64,000 nt of DNA. Source: Dehalococcoidia bacterium (GTDB taxonomy: Bacteria; Chloroflexota; Dehalococcoidia; Bin125). The DNA lies in NCBI GenBank assembly GCA_963663895.2, contig CAXXRD010000001.1, forward strand, positions 640,001 to 704,000, in the 5' to 3' direction. The notes under the pieces are model-generated. The model was not told where the DNA came from and did no database searches. It saw only the letters and a program-made list of their open reading frames with translations. Positions within the stretch are counted from its first letter, which is position 1, and each line of letters opens with the position of its first letter. Shown piece after piece: positions 56,050-64,000 of this stretch. Both the position numbers and the translations under genes were made by a program.

Positions 56050-56952
56050 ATGGCAACCGAGACGCCGCCCGAGCTTGGGGCGATCGAGCAAGCCGCAGCG
56101 GAGTTCGCCAGGCGCGCCGGGGCGCTGCTCAGCGAACGTTTCCACGACGGCACCGCAGTCCGCTTCAAGGACCGCCGCCGCTTGGATCCCGTCACGGACG
56201 TGGACCACGCCGCGGAAGCGATACTGCGCGAGGCGGTGCACGCGCGCTTCCCGAGCCACGCGCTGCTCGGCGAGGAGGAGGACAGTTCGGGCCCGCCCGA
56301 GGCCGACTACGTCTGGGTGGTGGACCCCCTGGACGGGACCGCCAACTTCGTCAACGGCTTGCCGTTCTTCACAAGCTCGATCGGCGTGCTCTACCGCGGC
56401 GAGCCGCTCGCCGGCGCCATCTGGGTCAGCAGCGGCCCACAGCTCCAGGCGGGGGTGTATCACGCCGCGCGCGGAGCGGGCCTACAGTTCGACGGCTTGC
56501 CCCTGCTCCGCGCGCCGCAGACCCTCGACCAAGCCAATCGGTTGATCGCGGTACCGGGCGGGTGGCGCGGCGGCAGCGGCCCGCGCGGCCGCCGCCTCGG
56601 CATCGCTCGCACGCTCGGCAGCATCGCCTTGGAGCTGGCGCTCACAGCGGACGGCAGCCTGGGCTGCTGTGTGATCAACGACGCCAAGATCTGGGACGTC
56701 GCGGGCGGCATCGCGCTTTGCTCGGCGGCCGGCCTGCAGGTGTCCGCCAAGAGGAAGAACGGGGACTGGCGTCCCTTCGAGCGCTTCGCCGGCAGCGATC
56801 AAGGAGCGCCGAGCGTCGACGGCCTGCGCGCTTGGCGCGAGAGGATCGTGGCGGGCGATCCCAAAGCAGTGCAGGAACTGACGCGCGGCTCCGCCCGCCG
56901 GCAAGGCCGGGTCGCCCGGCTGCGCCGGTCCCTGCTCGGCGCGCGCGCCTAA
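56050..56952 (+). CDS. Inositol monophosphatase family protein
   Basis: LGEE, WVVDPLDGTANF, WDVAGG. Confidence 0.88.
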   Translation: MATETPPELGAIEQAAAEFARRAGALLSERFHDGTAVRFKDRRRLDPVTDVDHAAEAILREAVHARFPSHALLGEEEDSSGPPEADYVWVVDPLDGTANFVNGLPFFTSSIGVLYRGEPLAGAIWVSSGPQLQAGVYHAARGAGLQFDGLPLLRAPQTLDQANRLIAVPGGWRGGSGPRGRRLGIARTLGSIALELALTADGSLGCCVINDAKIWDVAGGIALCSAAGLQVSAKRKNGDWRPFERFAGSDQGAPSVDGLRAWRERIVAGDPKAVQELTRGSARRQGRVARLRRSLLGARA

Positions 56953-56972
56953 GCCGGCGCCGCGACGCGCGC

Positions 56973-57767
56973 TTAGTGGTTGGTCTTGAACTGCCCCCCG
57001 TCGACGAGGATGTTCTCCGCCGTCACCCAGCTCGCGGCGGGGCTGGCGATGAAGGCGACGACCCGCGCCACTTCCTCCACGGTGCCGTAGCGGCCGCTGG
57101 GAATCGTGTCGAGCACGCCGTCGTACACCGGTCTGGCTCCCTGCGCCATCTGCTGCCAAAAGCCGCCCTCGAAATCAATGGAGCCGGGGGAGATGACGTT
57201 CACGCGGATTCCCTTGGGCGCCAGCGCTTGCGCCAGCTCGTTGCCGTAGGCGATCAGCGCCGCCTTCATGGGTCCGTAGGAAAAGGGGCCGCCCATTCCC
57301 TCCCGCACGTTGCGATCGCCGACGAACCCAAACGCCTCCATCCCGGAGATGCTGGCGATCAAGACGATGCTGCCGGCAGCGCTCGCCTCCAGGGCGGGCA
57401 TCGCCTCGTCGACGCCGCGCACGGCGGCCATCACGTCGATCGCGTAGTTCACGTCCCAGCCCTCTTCGCCGGGGACGCCCATACCGCTAGCGTTGTGGAT
57501 GAAAATGTCGAGCCCGCCCAGCGCCTCGACCGTGGACTGCACGAAGCCGCAGATGCCGTCCGCTTCTCCGATATCGGCCTGATGCGCGACGACCCGGCCC
57601 GGCGCCTCCGCTTGCAGGGCGGCCCGGGCCTGTTCCAGCCCCTCCGCCCCCCGCGCGCAGATTCCGACGGATGCCCCTTCCGCCAAGAGCGCCGCCGCGA
57701 TCGCGCGGCCGATGCCGCGACTGCCGCCCGTCACGAGCGCCTTCTTGCCAGTCAGCCCGAGGTCCAT
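56973..57767 (-). CDS. SDR family oxidoreductase
   Basis: TGGSRGIG, YGPMK (YxxxK), IRVNVISPG. Confidence 0.93.
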   Translation of the reverse strand: MDLGLTGKKALVTGGSRGIGRAIAAALLAEGASVGICARGAEGLEQARAALQAEAPGRVVAHQADIGEADGICGFVQSTVEALGGLDIFIHNASGMGVPGEEGWDVNYAIDVMAAVRGVDEAMPALEASAAGSIVLIASISGMEAFGFVGDRNVREGMGGPFSYGPMKAALIAYGNELAQALAPKGIRVNVISPGSIDFEGGFWQQMAQGARPVYDGVLDTIPSGRYGTVEEVARVVAFIASPAASWVTAENILVDGGQFKTNH

Positions 57768-57857
57768 AACGCGCTCCTTACATTGCCGATATCGCCGCTG
57801 GCTGCACTGCCGCGTGGCGGGCGAGCGGAGGCTACATCAGCCGCGATCCCCACTGCC

Positions 57858-58295
57858 TCAACGGTAATTCCAGCTGACGACGCGCTCACGGGTGACCTGC
57901 ACGTAGACGCCGTCTTCGCTCACGGAATCGGGCAACTCCGTCTCCGGCGCGCCGCGCTGGCGCGCCAAGCCGCGCGCCAGCTCCAGCCGTCTTCCGGGAT
58001 CCCGAATCAGCGTGCCGCTGCCCTGCACCAGCACGCCGGTAATGTCCCCCGTCGCTTTGGCGGAGGTGACCAACACCGACACGTGCGGGTTGCGCTCAAT
58101 GTTCTTGATCTTCTGCGAGCCTTCACGCATCCCCAAATACAAGTGGCCGCCCAGACGGAAGTAGCCGAGGGGCACGCTATGGGGCCTGCCATCCCTTCCA
58201 ACGGTCGTGAGCACGGCCCACTCGGCGCGCCGATCGAGATAGGCGTTGACCTCGTCTTCGCTCAGCTCGCGGCGCTGCTTACGCTTGCGTGCCAC
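57858..58295 (-). CDS. Pyridoxamine 5'-phosphate oxidase-like (split beta-barrel) protein
   Basis: DGRPHSVPL, SQKIKNIERNPHVSVLV, VVSWNY; GTG start inferred. Confidence 0.82.
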   Translation of the reverse strand: MARKRKQRRELSEDEVNAYLDRRAEWAVLTTVGRDGRPHSVPLGYFRLGGHLYLGMREGSQKIKNIERNPHVSVLVTSAKATGDITGVLVQGSGTLIRDPGRRLELARGLARQRGAPETELPDSVSEDGVYVQVTRERVVSWNYR

Positions 58296-58359
58296 TGTCG
58301 CTCCCGGCCGCCGATCGTCCGCCGCTACGATACCGGACGCGGCGAAGGGAGACGTATTC

Positions 58360-59028
58360 GTGCGGATCGTGCTGGGACGCAAGACAGGGGACCTCAGTGC
58401 CGACGGATTCCGCTTGCGGGCGGCGCCGTACCGCTTGACCCTGCTCGACATCGGAACCGGCGACGGCGCCTTCCCCTACCGCGTCGCAGGCGCCTATCCC
58501 GAGGTGCTCTGCATGGGGCTGGATCCAAACCGCGAAGCGCCGGCAGCGTACGCCGGCAGGGCGCGGCGCAAGCCCGCGCGCGGCGGACGCGCCAACGTGC
58601 TCTACGTGGCGGCGGCGGTTGAGGCGCCGCCGGACGCTCTCGACGCGAGCGCGGATCTCGTCACGATGAACTTCCCCTGGGCCGGCTTGCTCGCACGGAT
58701 CCTCGCCGGCGACCCCGCCCTGACCGCCGCCCTGACCAAGATGGCACGCGAGCCTTGGGCCCTGCAGATCCTGCTGAACGCGGCAGCGCCGCCCCCACCC
58801 TTGGAGCGCGCGCTCGGCGTCCTGACGCCCGCGACCGTGCGTGAGCGCCTCGATCCCGCGCTGGGGTCCGTCCGGGTGACAGAGCTACCCGAGACGGCCC
58901 GCGTCGCCAGTCGTTGGGGAGGGCGGCTGATCCGCGGGAGCAGACGCCCGATCATCCGCGTTCGGGCTGACTTCGGCGCCGTCCCGCCGCAGTACGACGC
59001 CCTGCTCAATGCCGCGATCGGGCTCTAG
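58360..59028 (+). CDS. kamB: 16S rRNA (adenine(1408)-N1)-methyltransferase, KamB/NpmA family
   Basis: MRIVLGRK.., DIGTGDG, KPARGGRANVLYV, NFPWAGLL, SRWGGRL are collinear with recalled KamB/NpmA motifs. Confidence 0.78.
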   Translation: MRIVLGRKTGDLSADGFRLRAAPYRLTLLDIGTGDGAFPYRVAGAYPEVLCMGLDPNREAPAAYAGRARRKPARGGRANVLYVAAAVEAPPDALDASADLVTMNFPWAGLLARILAGDPALTAALTKMAREPWALQILLNAAAPPPPLERALGVLTPATVRERLDPALGSVRVTELPETARVASRWGGRLIRGSRRPIIRVRADFGAVPPQYDALLNAAIGL

Positions 59029-59066
59029 AGAGCCGCTCCAGAGAAACGCTCCAGCGGGGAAAGCGC

Positions 59067-59915
59067 CTAGCGATCCGCGACGATCTTGGCGAGGTCATCC
59101 AAGATCGGGATGACCTTGTCAGCGTAGGCGCTGGGAAGGTCGAACAGGCAGCGATCGACGCCCATCTCCTCGTAGGCGTCCAGCCAGGCAGCGTCGGGAC
59201 GAGTGCCGTAGAGCGTCACGCTCACGCTGCCGGGATCGCGACCAACCCTCTCGGCGCGCTCCCGCAGATCGGCGATCTCGGCCGCCAGCTCCTGAGGGGC
59301 CTTGAACAACGGCAGCCAGCCGTCCGCCCACTCCACCACCCGCTGCCGCGACCACTTGGTCCCTGCGCCGATGTAGATCGGCGGATGCGGCTGCTGCACC
59401 GGCGCCGGGCGCACCGATGTGCGTTCGACGTTCACATGCGCGCCGTGGTATTCGGCCTCCTCGCTCGCCCAGAGCGCTTTCATCGCCTCCACTCGCTCGC
59501 GGGCCACGGCCCAGCGCTGCTTGAACGGCGTCCCCAGCGCCTCCATCTCCTCCGCCAGCCAGCCGGCGCCCACCCCGAACAAGAAGCGCCCTCCGGAGAG
59601 CCGATCGATGCTGGCCACTTGCTTCGCCATCACGATCGGCTCTCGCTCAATCACGAGACAGATCGCCGTACCCACCTGGAGGGTCGTCGTCGCGGCGGCG
59701 GCCATGCTGAGGCAGACGAAGGGGTCGTAGGAGCGGAAGTACCACTCCGGCATGTCGATGCTGTTGGTGCCCGGAAAGGGCGTGACCCGTTCGGAGGGGA
59801 TATGCGGATGCTCGGGCATCCAGAGCGAGTCAAAGCCCCGCTCCTCGACCGCCCGTGCCAATTCGTCCGGTGCAATCGTATGGTCCGTGATGAACATCGA
59901 ACAGCCGAACTGCAC
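59067..59915 (-). CDS. LLM class F420-dependent oxidoreductase
   Basis: GFDSLWMPEH, DPFVCL, SGGRFLFGVGAGW, WADGWLP. Confidence 0.9.
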   Translation of the reverse strand: MQFGCSMFITDHTIAPDELARAVEERGFDSLWMPEHPHIPSERVTPFPGTNSIDMPEWYFRSYDPFVCLSMAAAATTTLQVGTAICLVIEREPIVMAKQVASIDRLSGGRFLFGVGAGWLAEEMEALGTPFKQRWAVARERVEAMKALWASEEAEYHGAHVNVERTSVRPAPVQQPHPPIYIGAGTKWSRQRVVEWADGWLPLFKAPQELAAEIADLRERAERVGRDPGSVSVTLYGTRPDAAWLDAYEEMGVDRCLFDLPSAYADKVIPILDDLAKIVADR

Positions 59916-60045
59916 GCGGGCCTCCTTTACTCCAGTCGAGTCTCCAGCCGCACTGCCCGATCATCACGACCGGGCAAGCGCGTCCTCGCTTGTACGCCAC
60001 CGTATGATAGCCGCCGCGGATGCGGCGTCACGGGCAACCAAGCCG

Positions 60046-60954
60046 TTAGGTAAGCTTCGTCTTGAGAGCCTCGAACCGCTCTCTGGAAACGGACAGCTCG
60101 CGCAGGGCGACGGGCCGCTCGGGCTCCATCTGAATCGCGGTGGTTTGCGCATCCAAGGTGTCGCGCTCCTCGCGATAGAAGAGGCCCAGGGGGATGCGGT
60201 CGCCCCATTCGAGGCTCCGCCGGAACGCCTCGGTCCTATCGGTCGGGTCGTGCTCTTCCGCTAAGTCGTAGACGCGCTGCTTGAACCATTTGTAGGTGTA
60301 TTCGACGCGGTTCCAGGTTACGCAGGGCTGGAGAATGTCGATGATGGCGTAGCCGGGATGCTCGATCGCCATGGCGATCAGGTCGCGCAACGGCTTCACG
60401 CTGCCGGAGAACCCGCGCGCGACGAAGGTCGCGCCCGCCGCCAGCGCGACGGAGATCGGATTGATCGCAAACTCCACGTTGCCCTCCGGCGTGGTGGAGG
60501 AGATGTAGCCGGGATCGGAGGTGGGGGAAGTCTGGCCCTTGGTCAGGCCGTAGGTCTGATTATTCTCGACCAGGTGTGTGAGATTGACGTTGCGCCGCAT
60601 GGCGTGGAGCCAATGATTGCCCCCTTCACCCAAGCCGTCCCCGTCGCCGGTCACGGCCAGAACGGTCATCTGATGCTGCACGAGGCGGAAGCCCTGTGCG
60701 ACCGGCAGCGCCCGGCCGTGGAGCGTCTGCCAACCGTTGCAGCGAATGTAATCGGGCAGCTTGGAGCCGCAGCCAATCCCCGACACCACCATCACACGAT
60801 GCGGCGCGATCTCCAGCCGGACCAGCGCCTGCTGCAGCGCGGCCAGGATGCCGAAGTCACCGCAACCGGCGCACCAGGTGTTCTCTTCGGTGAAGAGCGG
60901 CTTGTAGTCGTTCAAGGTTACGGACGATGGCGCAGGCGTTACGGTGGTCATCAC
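60046..60954 (-). CDS. korB: 2-oxoacid:ferredoxin oxidoreductase beta subunit
   Basis: WCAGCGDFGIL, SGIGC, LHGR, GDGD, YGLTKGQTSPT, LQPCVT. Confidence 0.92.
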   Translation of the reverse strand: MMTTVTPAPSSVTLNDYKPLFTEENTWCAGCGDFGILAALQQALVRLEIAPHRVMVVSGIGCGSKLPDYIRCNGWQTLHGRALPVAQGFRLVQHQMTVLAVTGDGDGLGEGGNHWLHAMRRNVNLTHLVENNQTYGLTKGQTSPTSDPGYISSTTPEGNVEFAINPISVALAAGATFVARGFSGSVKPLRDLIAMAIEHPGYAIIDILQPCVTWNRVEYTYKWFKQRVYDLAEEHDPTDRTEAFRRSLEWGDRIPLGLFYREERDTLDAQTTAIQMEPERPVALRELSVSRERFEALKTKLT

Positions 60955-62693
60955 GCGATCTCCTCCAGCTGCTCCATGACCCAGCCGGGCGTCATGTGGC
61001 GGCCGTCGTACTTGAGGATCCTGTTCGGGATCTCGATGCCGGTCTGCGCGCGCAAGTGCCGGGCAAGCTGACCGGTGAAATTCTGCTCTACGGCGACGAG
61101 CGCCTTCGCTCGTTCCAGCGGCTCCGCTCCTCCCGCAGGGAACGGCTGTAGGTCAGTGTAGTGGATCAGATTGAAGCGGCCCTCCGAGCGGTCGACGACT
61201 TCGGTCAACACGCCCCAGGTCCCGCCCCAAGCGACCAACGAGACCGGCGCCTCGGCCGGTCCGTAGACGGTCGGGGGTTCCATCTGGGTGTGCGCGCCTT
61301 CCAGCTTGCGCATACGCTTCCGCATCATGGCGATGCGGTTCGTGGCCTCTTCGGTGATGCCGCCGAACTCGTCGTGCTCGTCGGACATGCCGTGTACCAA
61401 CGCGTTCGGATGGCCGGGCACCGCGCGGGGACTGACCCCGTCTTCGCTGAAGGCATAGCGACCGTAGGGCTCGGCCAGCTCCTCAATCGCATCGTAGGTC
61501 AGCGTCTTGCCGCGATCGATCTCCGCCGCCACCGTCTCCAAATCGAGCGCGCTGGTGGGAACGGAGACGAGCGAGTTCGAGGTAAAGAGGTCGCTGAGCA
61601 GAATCACGGGACACTGGTACTGCTCGGCGAGGTTGAAACAGCGGGCCGTCCGGTAGAACCCATCGACCGCGTCCTTGAGCGCCGTAACGATCATCGGGAA
61701 CTCGCCGTGGCCTGCGTGCATGGCGAAGTGAAGGTCCGGCTGCTCCGTGCGCGTGGCGAGGCCAGTGGCGGGCCCCCCGCGTTGAACCTCGACGATCACC
61801 ACCGGGACCTCGTTCATTCCCGCCAGCGAGAGGTGCTCCACCATGAGTGCGAAGCCGCCGCCCGAGGATCCGGTGAGCGCGCGCACCCCACCCCAGGACG
61901 CTCCCAGCGCGAAGGCGATCGCCGCGATCTCGTCTTCCGTCTGCTGGACCACGATGCCGAGATCACGCGCGCCCGTCAGCTCTTCGAGAATGGTCGACCA
62001 CGGAGTCATGGGGTAGCCGCTAACGGCCTTGCAGCCCGCCGCGATCGCTCCCAGGGCGACTGCCTGGTTGCCGTGGATCAGCATTGAGGGGCCGGCGCCG
62101 TTCCCCGCTGGAGGAGGAGGCAGCCGGTGGGGGAAGCCGTCCACCCGCTCGGCGCCCCACTCGTAACCGGCGCGCGCCACCGCCAGGTTCTCCTCGACGG
62201 CCGCCTCGCCCTTGCGGGAGAAGTTCTCGCGGATAATCTGCGCGACGGCATCGAAATCGAAGTTGGTCAGCGCCGAGGCGATGCTGAGCGCCACGGTATT
62301 GGCCATCACCTTGTCGTTGCCGACCGTCGTCGCGATCTCGATCAGAGGCGCTGGGACCGCACGAGCGCCGGCATCCGCGATCGCGCCGGCGTCGACATCG
62401 TCGCGGCCCGTGTCGTAGATGACGGCGCCGCCCGCCCGCATCTCCGGCACGTGCTGGGGCACGGAGACATCGTCGAGGGCGATAAGGATCGAGTGCTGCC
62501 GGGCATGCGCGCGGACCGGCTCGTCGGAGGCGCGCAGTTGGTAGAAGTTATGTCCTCCACGAATGCGCGATTCGTAATCCTGCGCCGCGAAAACATGGTA
62601 CCCGGCACGGACATGGGCCTTGGCTAATCCCGCCCCCGACGACTCCACGCCCTGCCCGGCAGCACCTCCAATTGTGTAGGTCACTTCAGGCAT
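60951..62693 (-). CDS. korA: 2-oxoacid:acceptor oxidoreductase alpha subunit
   Basis: GGAAGQG, YESRIRGGH, GYPMTP, EDEIAA, QRGGPATG, EQNFTGQL. Confidence 0.92.
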   Translation of the reverse strand: MPEVTYTIGGAAGQGVESSGAGLAKAHVRAGYHVFAAQDYESRIRGGHNFYQLRASDEPVRAHARQHSILIALDDVSVPQHVPEMRAGGAVIYDTGRDDVDAGAIADAGARAVPAPLIEIATTVGNDKVMANTVALSIASALTNFDFDAVAQIIRENFSRKGEAAVEENLAVARAGYEWGAERVDGFPHRLPPPPAGNGAGPSMLIHGNQAVALGAIAAGCKAVSGYPMTPWSTILEELTGARDLGIVVQQTEDEIAAIAFALGASWGGVRALTGSSGGGFALMVEHLSLAGMNEVPVVIVEVQRGGPATGLATRTEQPDLHFAMHAGHGEFPMIVTALKDAVDGFYRTARCFNLAEQYQCPVILLSDLFTSNSLVSVPTSALDLETVAAEIDRGKTLTYDAIEELAEPYGRYAFSEDGVSPRAVPGHPNALVHGMSDEHDEFGGITEEATNRIAMMRKRMRKLEGAHTQMEPPTVYGPAEAPVSLVAWGGTWGVLTEVVDRSEGRFNLIHYTDLQPFPAGGAEPLERAKALVAVEQNFTGQLARHLRAQTGIEIPNRILKYDGRHMTPGWVMEQLEEIA

Positions 62694-62842
62694 AGCAACG
62701 TCCTTACGAGATTCGACAACTCACGCCCTGTCGAAAGATGGCATTGAGTGAGCCGCCCGCTGGACAGGAGCAGTATACCCATTACGGACCCGTGCCAAGG
62801 CCCCATCTTCCAACCCAAGCCGACCCAAGGCCGATCGCACCC

Positions 62843-63592
62843 CTACGAAGGGCTCTCTACATCAGGCAGCGGGCGGCGGGCGCTGTGCAGAGTGACGGTT
62901 CCGGCCCCCATGCGCCGAAACCGTACGTGCACCGCTCCCGCATCCGTCAGCATGCGCGCCAGCGCTTCGGCGTCGGGATAGCCATCAAGCGAACGCGACA
63001 AGTAACGATAGGCCTCATGGTCACCGCTCAGCCGGGCCGCGACTCCCGTCGCCAATTGATGGAAGAGGAAGCGGCGGGGCAGCGCGAGCGGGCCCGACGG
63101 TACATGGGTGATATCCAACGCCACCAGCCGCCCGCCCGGCCGCAGGACCCGCAACATCTCCCGTAAGCCCTGGGACAGGTCGACGAGGTTCCGCAGCAGG
63201 AAGCCACTGGTGACGGCGTCGAAGCTGGCGTCGGGGAAGGGGATCTGCAGTGCGTCGGCCTGCAAGGCCGAGGGCGGTGCTTCCCCGCGCGCCGCCGCCT
63301 TGCGACGGTCCGCTACCAACATCGGCCGCGTGAAGTCGACGCGGACCACTCGCGCCGCGCCCGCGTGTTCCAGCGCCTGTGCGAGGTCGCCCGTACCGGA
63401 GCCGAGATCCAGCACGTAGGCGCCTTCGGGCTCGGCCGCCGCTGCCGCGGCATGCCGCCAGCGTCCGTCCAGCCCGATGGTCATGCAGCGGTTCATGCGG
63501 TCGTACCACGGGACGAGACGCCCGAACATCGCTTGGATCGCGACTGCCCGCTCGCGATCGGGTTCGGGAAGCGTCGGATGTCGAGTGGTCAT
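62843..63592 (-). CDS. menG: Demethylmenaquinone methyltransferase (UbiE/MenG family)
   Basis: MFGRLV..YDRMN, LDLGSGTGD, ADAL..PF, LRN, RVLRPGG, AYRYL. Confidence 0.85.
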   Translation of the reverse strand: MTTRHPTLPEPDRERAVAIQAMFGRLVPWYDRMNRCMTIGLDGRWRHAAAAAAEPEGAYVLDLGSGTGDLAQALEHAGAARVVRVDFTRPMLVADRRKAAARGEAPPSALQADALQIPFPDASFDAVTSGFLLRNLVDLSQGLREMLRVLRPGGRLVALDITHVPSGPLALPRRFLFHQLATGVAARLSGDHEAYRYLSRSLDGYPDAEALARMLTDAGAVHVRFRRMGAGTVTLHSARRPLPDVESPS

Positions 63593-63661
63593 CGCACCGC
63601 CCACGCGCTCCAGCGGTCGCGCGCCCTCTCTCGCACACGCTTGTGAGCCGTTGCCGCGCTT

Positions 63662-63698
63662 TGCTAGCGTAGCCGAAACCGACCACCGAGTCGGTTTT
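63662..63698 (+). promoter_or_regulatory. TetR gene promoter (extended -10 TGCTAGCGT) and palindromic operator
   Basis: AAACCGAC-CACCGA-GTCGGTTT at 63676-63697, same half-sites and spacing as upstream of menF. Confidence 0.75.
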
Positions 63699-63714
63699 CG
63701 CTCCGCGAGGCGCC

Positions 63715-64000
63715 ATGGTCGGGAAACAAGCGCGAGCACGCGACCGCAAGCAACGCATCCTCGAAGCCGCCGCCGATGTTTTCGCGCAGCGCGGCTACGG
63801 CGACGCAGGGGTCGACGAGATCGCGACGGCGGCGGGCACCTCGAAGGGCGGGCTCTATTTCCACTTCTCCGGGAAGGAAGCGCTACTGATCGCACTCCTT
63901 GATCATACGAGCCGGCTGCTGATGAGCCGCGTTCGCGCGGCGCTCGACGAACAGGAGGAACCGGTGGACAGAGCGGCGGCGGCGCTGCTGACGCTGCTGC
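63715..64000 (+). CDS. TetR/AcrR family transcriptional regulator (truncated by window end)
   Basis: Not in ORF track. Manual translation: MVGKQARARDRKQRILEAAADVFAQRGYGDAGVDEIATAAGTSKGGLYFHFSGKEAL. Confidence 0.92.
   Translation, partial: MVGKQARARDRKQRILEAAADVFAQRGYGDAGVDEIATAAGTSKGGLYFHFSGKEALLIALLDHTSRLLMSRVRAALDEQEEPVDRAAAALLTLL

Noticed and set aside
55395-58622. 1075-aa plus-strand ORF
   Set aside because: Arg/Ala/Gly-rich with no motifs; overlaps several well-supported genes in other frames or strands; GC-rich shadow ORF

Overview
GC-rich bacterial chromosome segment with about 54 CDSs. No rRNA, tRNA, CRISPR array, integrase or transposase was recognised. The gene content suggests Chloroflexota (Dehalococcoidia/SAR202-like); this is inference only. 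It rests on paralog expansions of LLM flavin/F420 oxidoreductases, hydantoinase B, cyclases and fused CoA-transferases, plus orphan Tat-lipoprotein family-5 solute-binding proteins. Most of the window is catabolic or housekeeping (menFDC, menG, korAB, thiO, gdhA, DEAD-box helicase). Five items stand out. (1) An AhpD/CMD-family gene split in the ORF track by an in-frame TGA in a CxxU motif, followed by a SECIS-like hairpin: a probable selenoprotein. (2) A compositionally atypical two-gene island encoding a MORC/GHKL ATPase fused to a PD-(D/E)xK nuclease plus an SPPY DNA methyltransferase: a candidate defence system. (3) A shared extended -10 plus AAACCGAC-N6-GTCGGTTT palindrome upstream of both menF and a TetR gene 12 kb away: a candidate TetR regulon for menaquinone synthesis. 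(4) A KamB/NpmA-like 16S rRNA m1A1408 methyltransferase. (5) Structured leaders and two CoA-transferase-fold proteins lacking the catalytic Glu.
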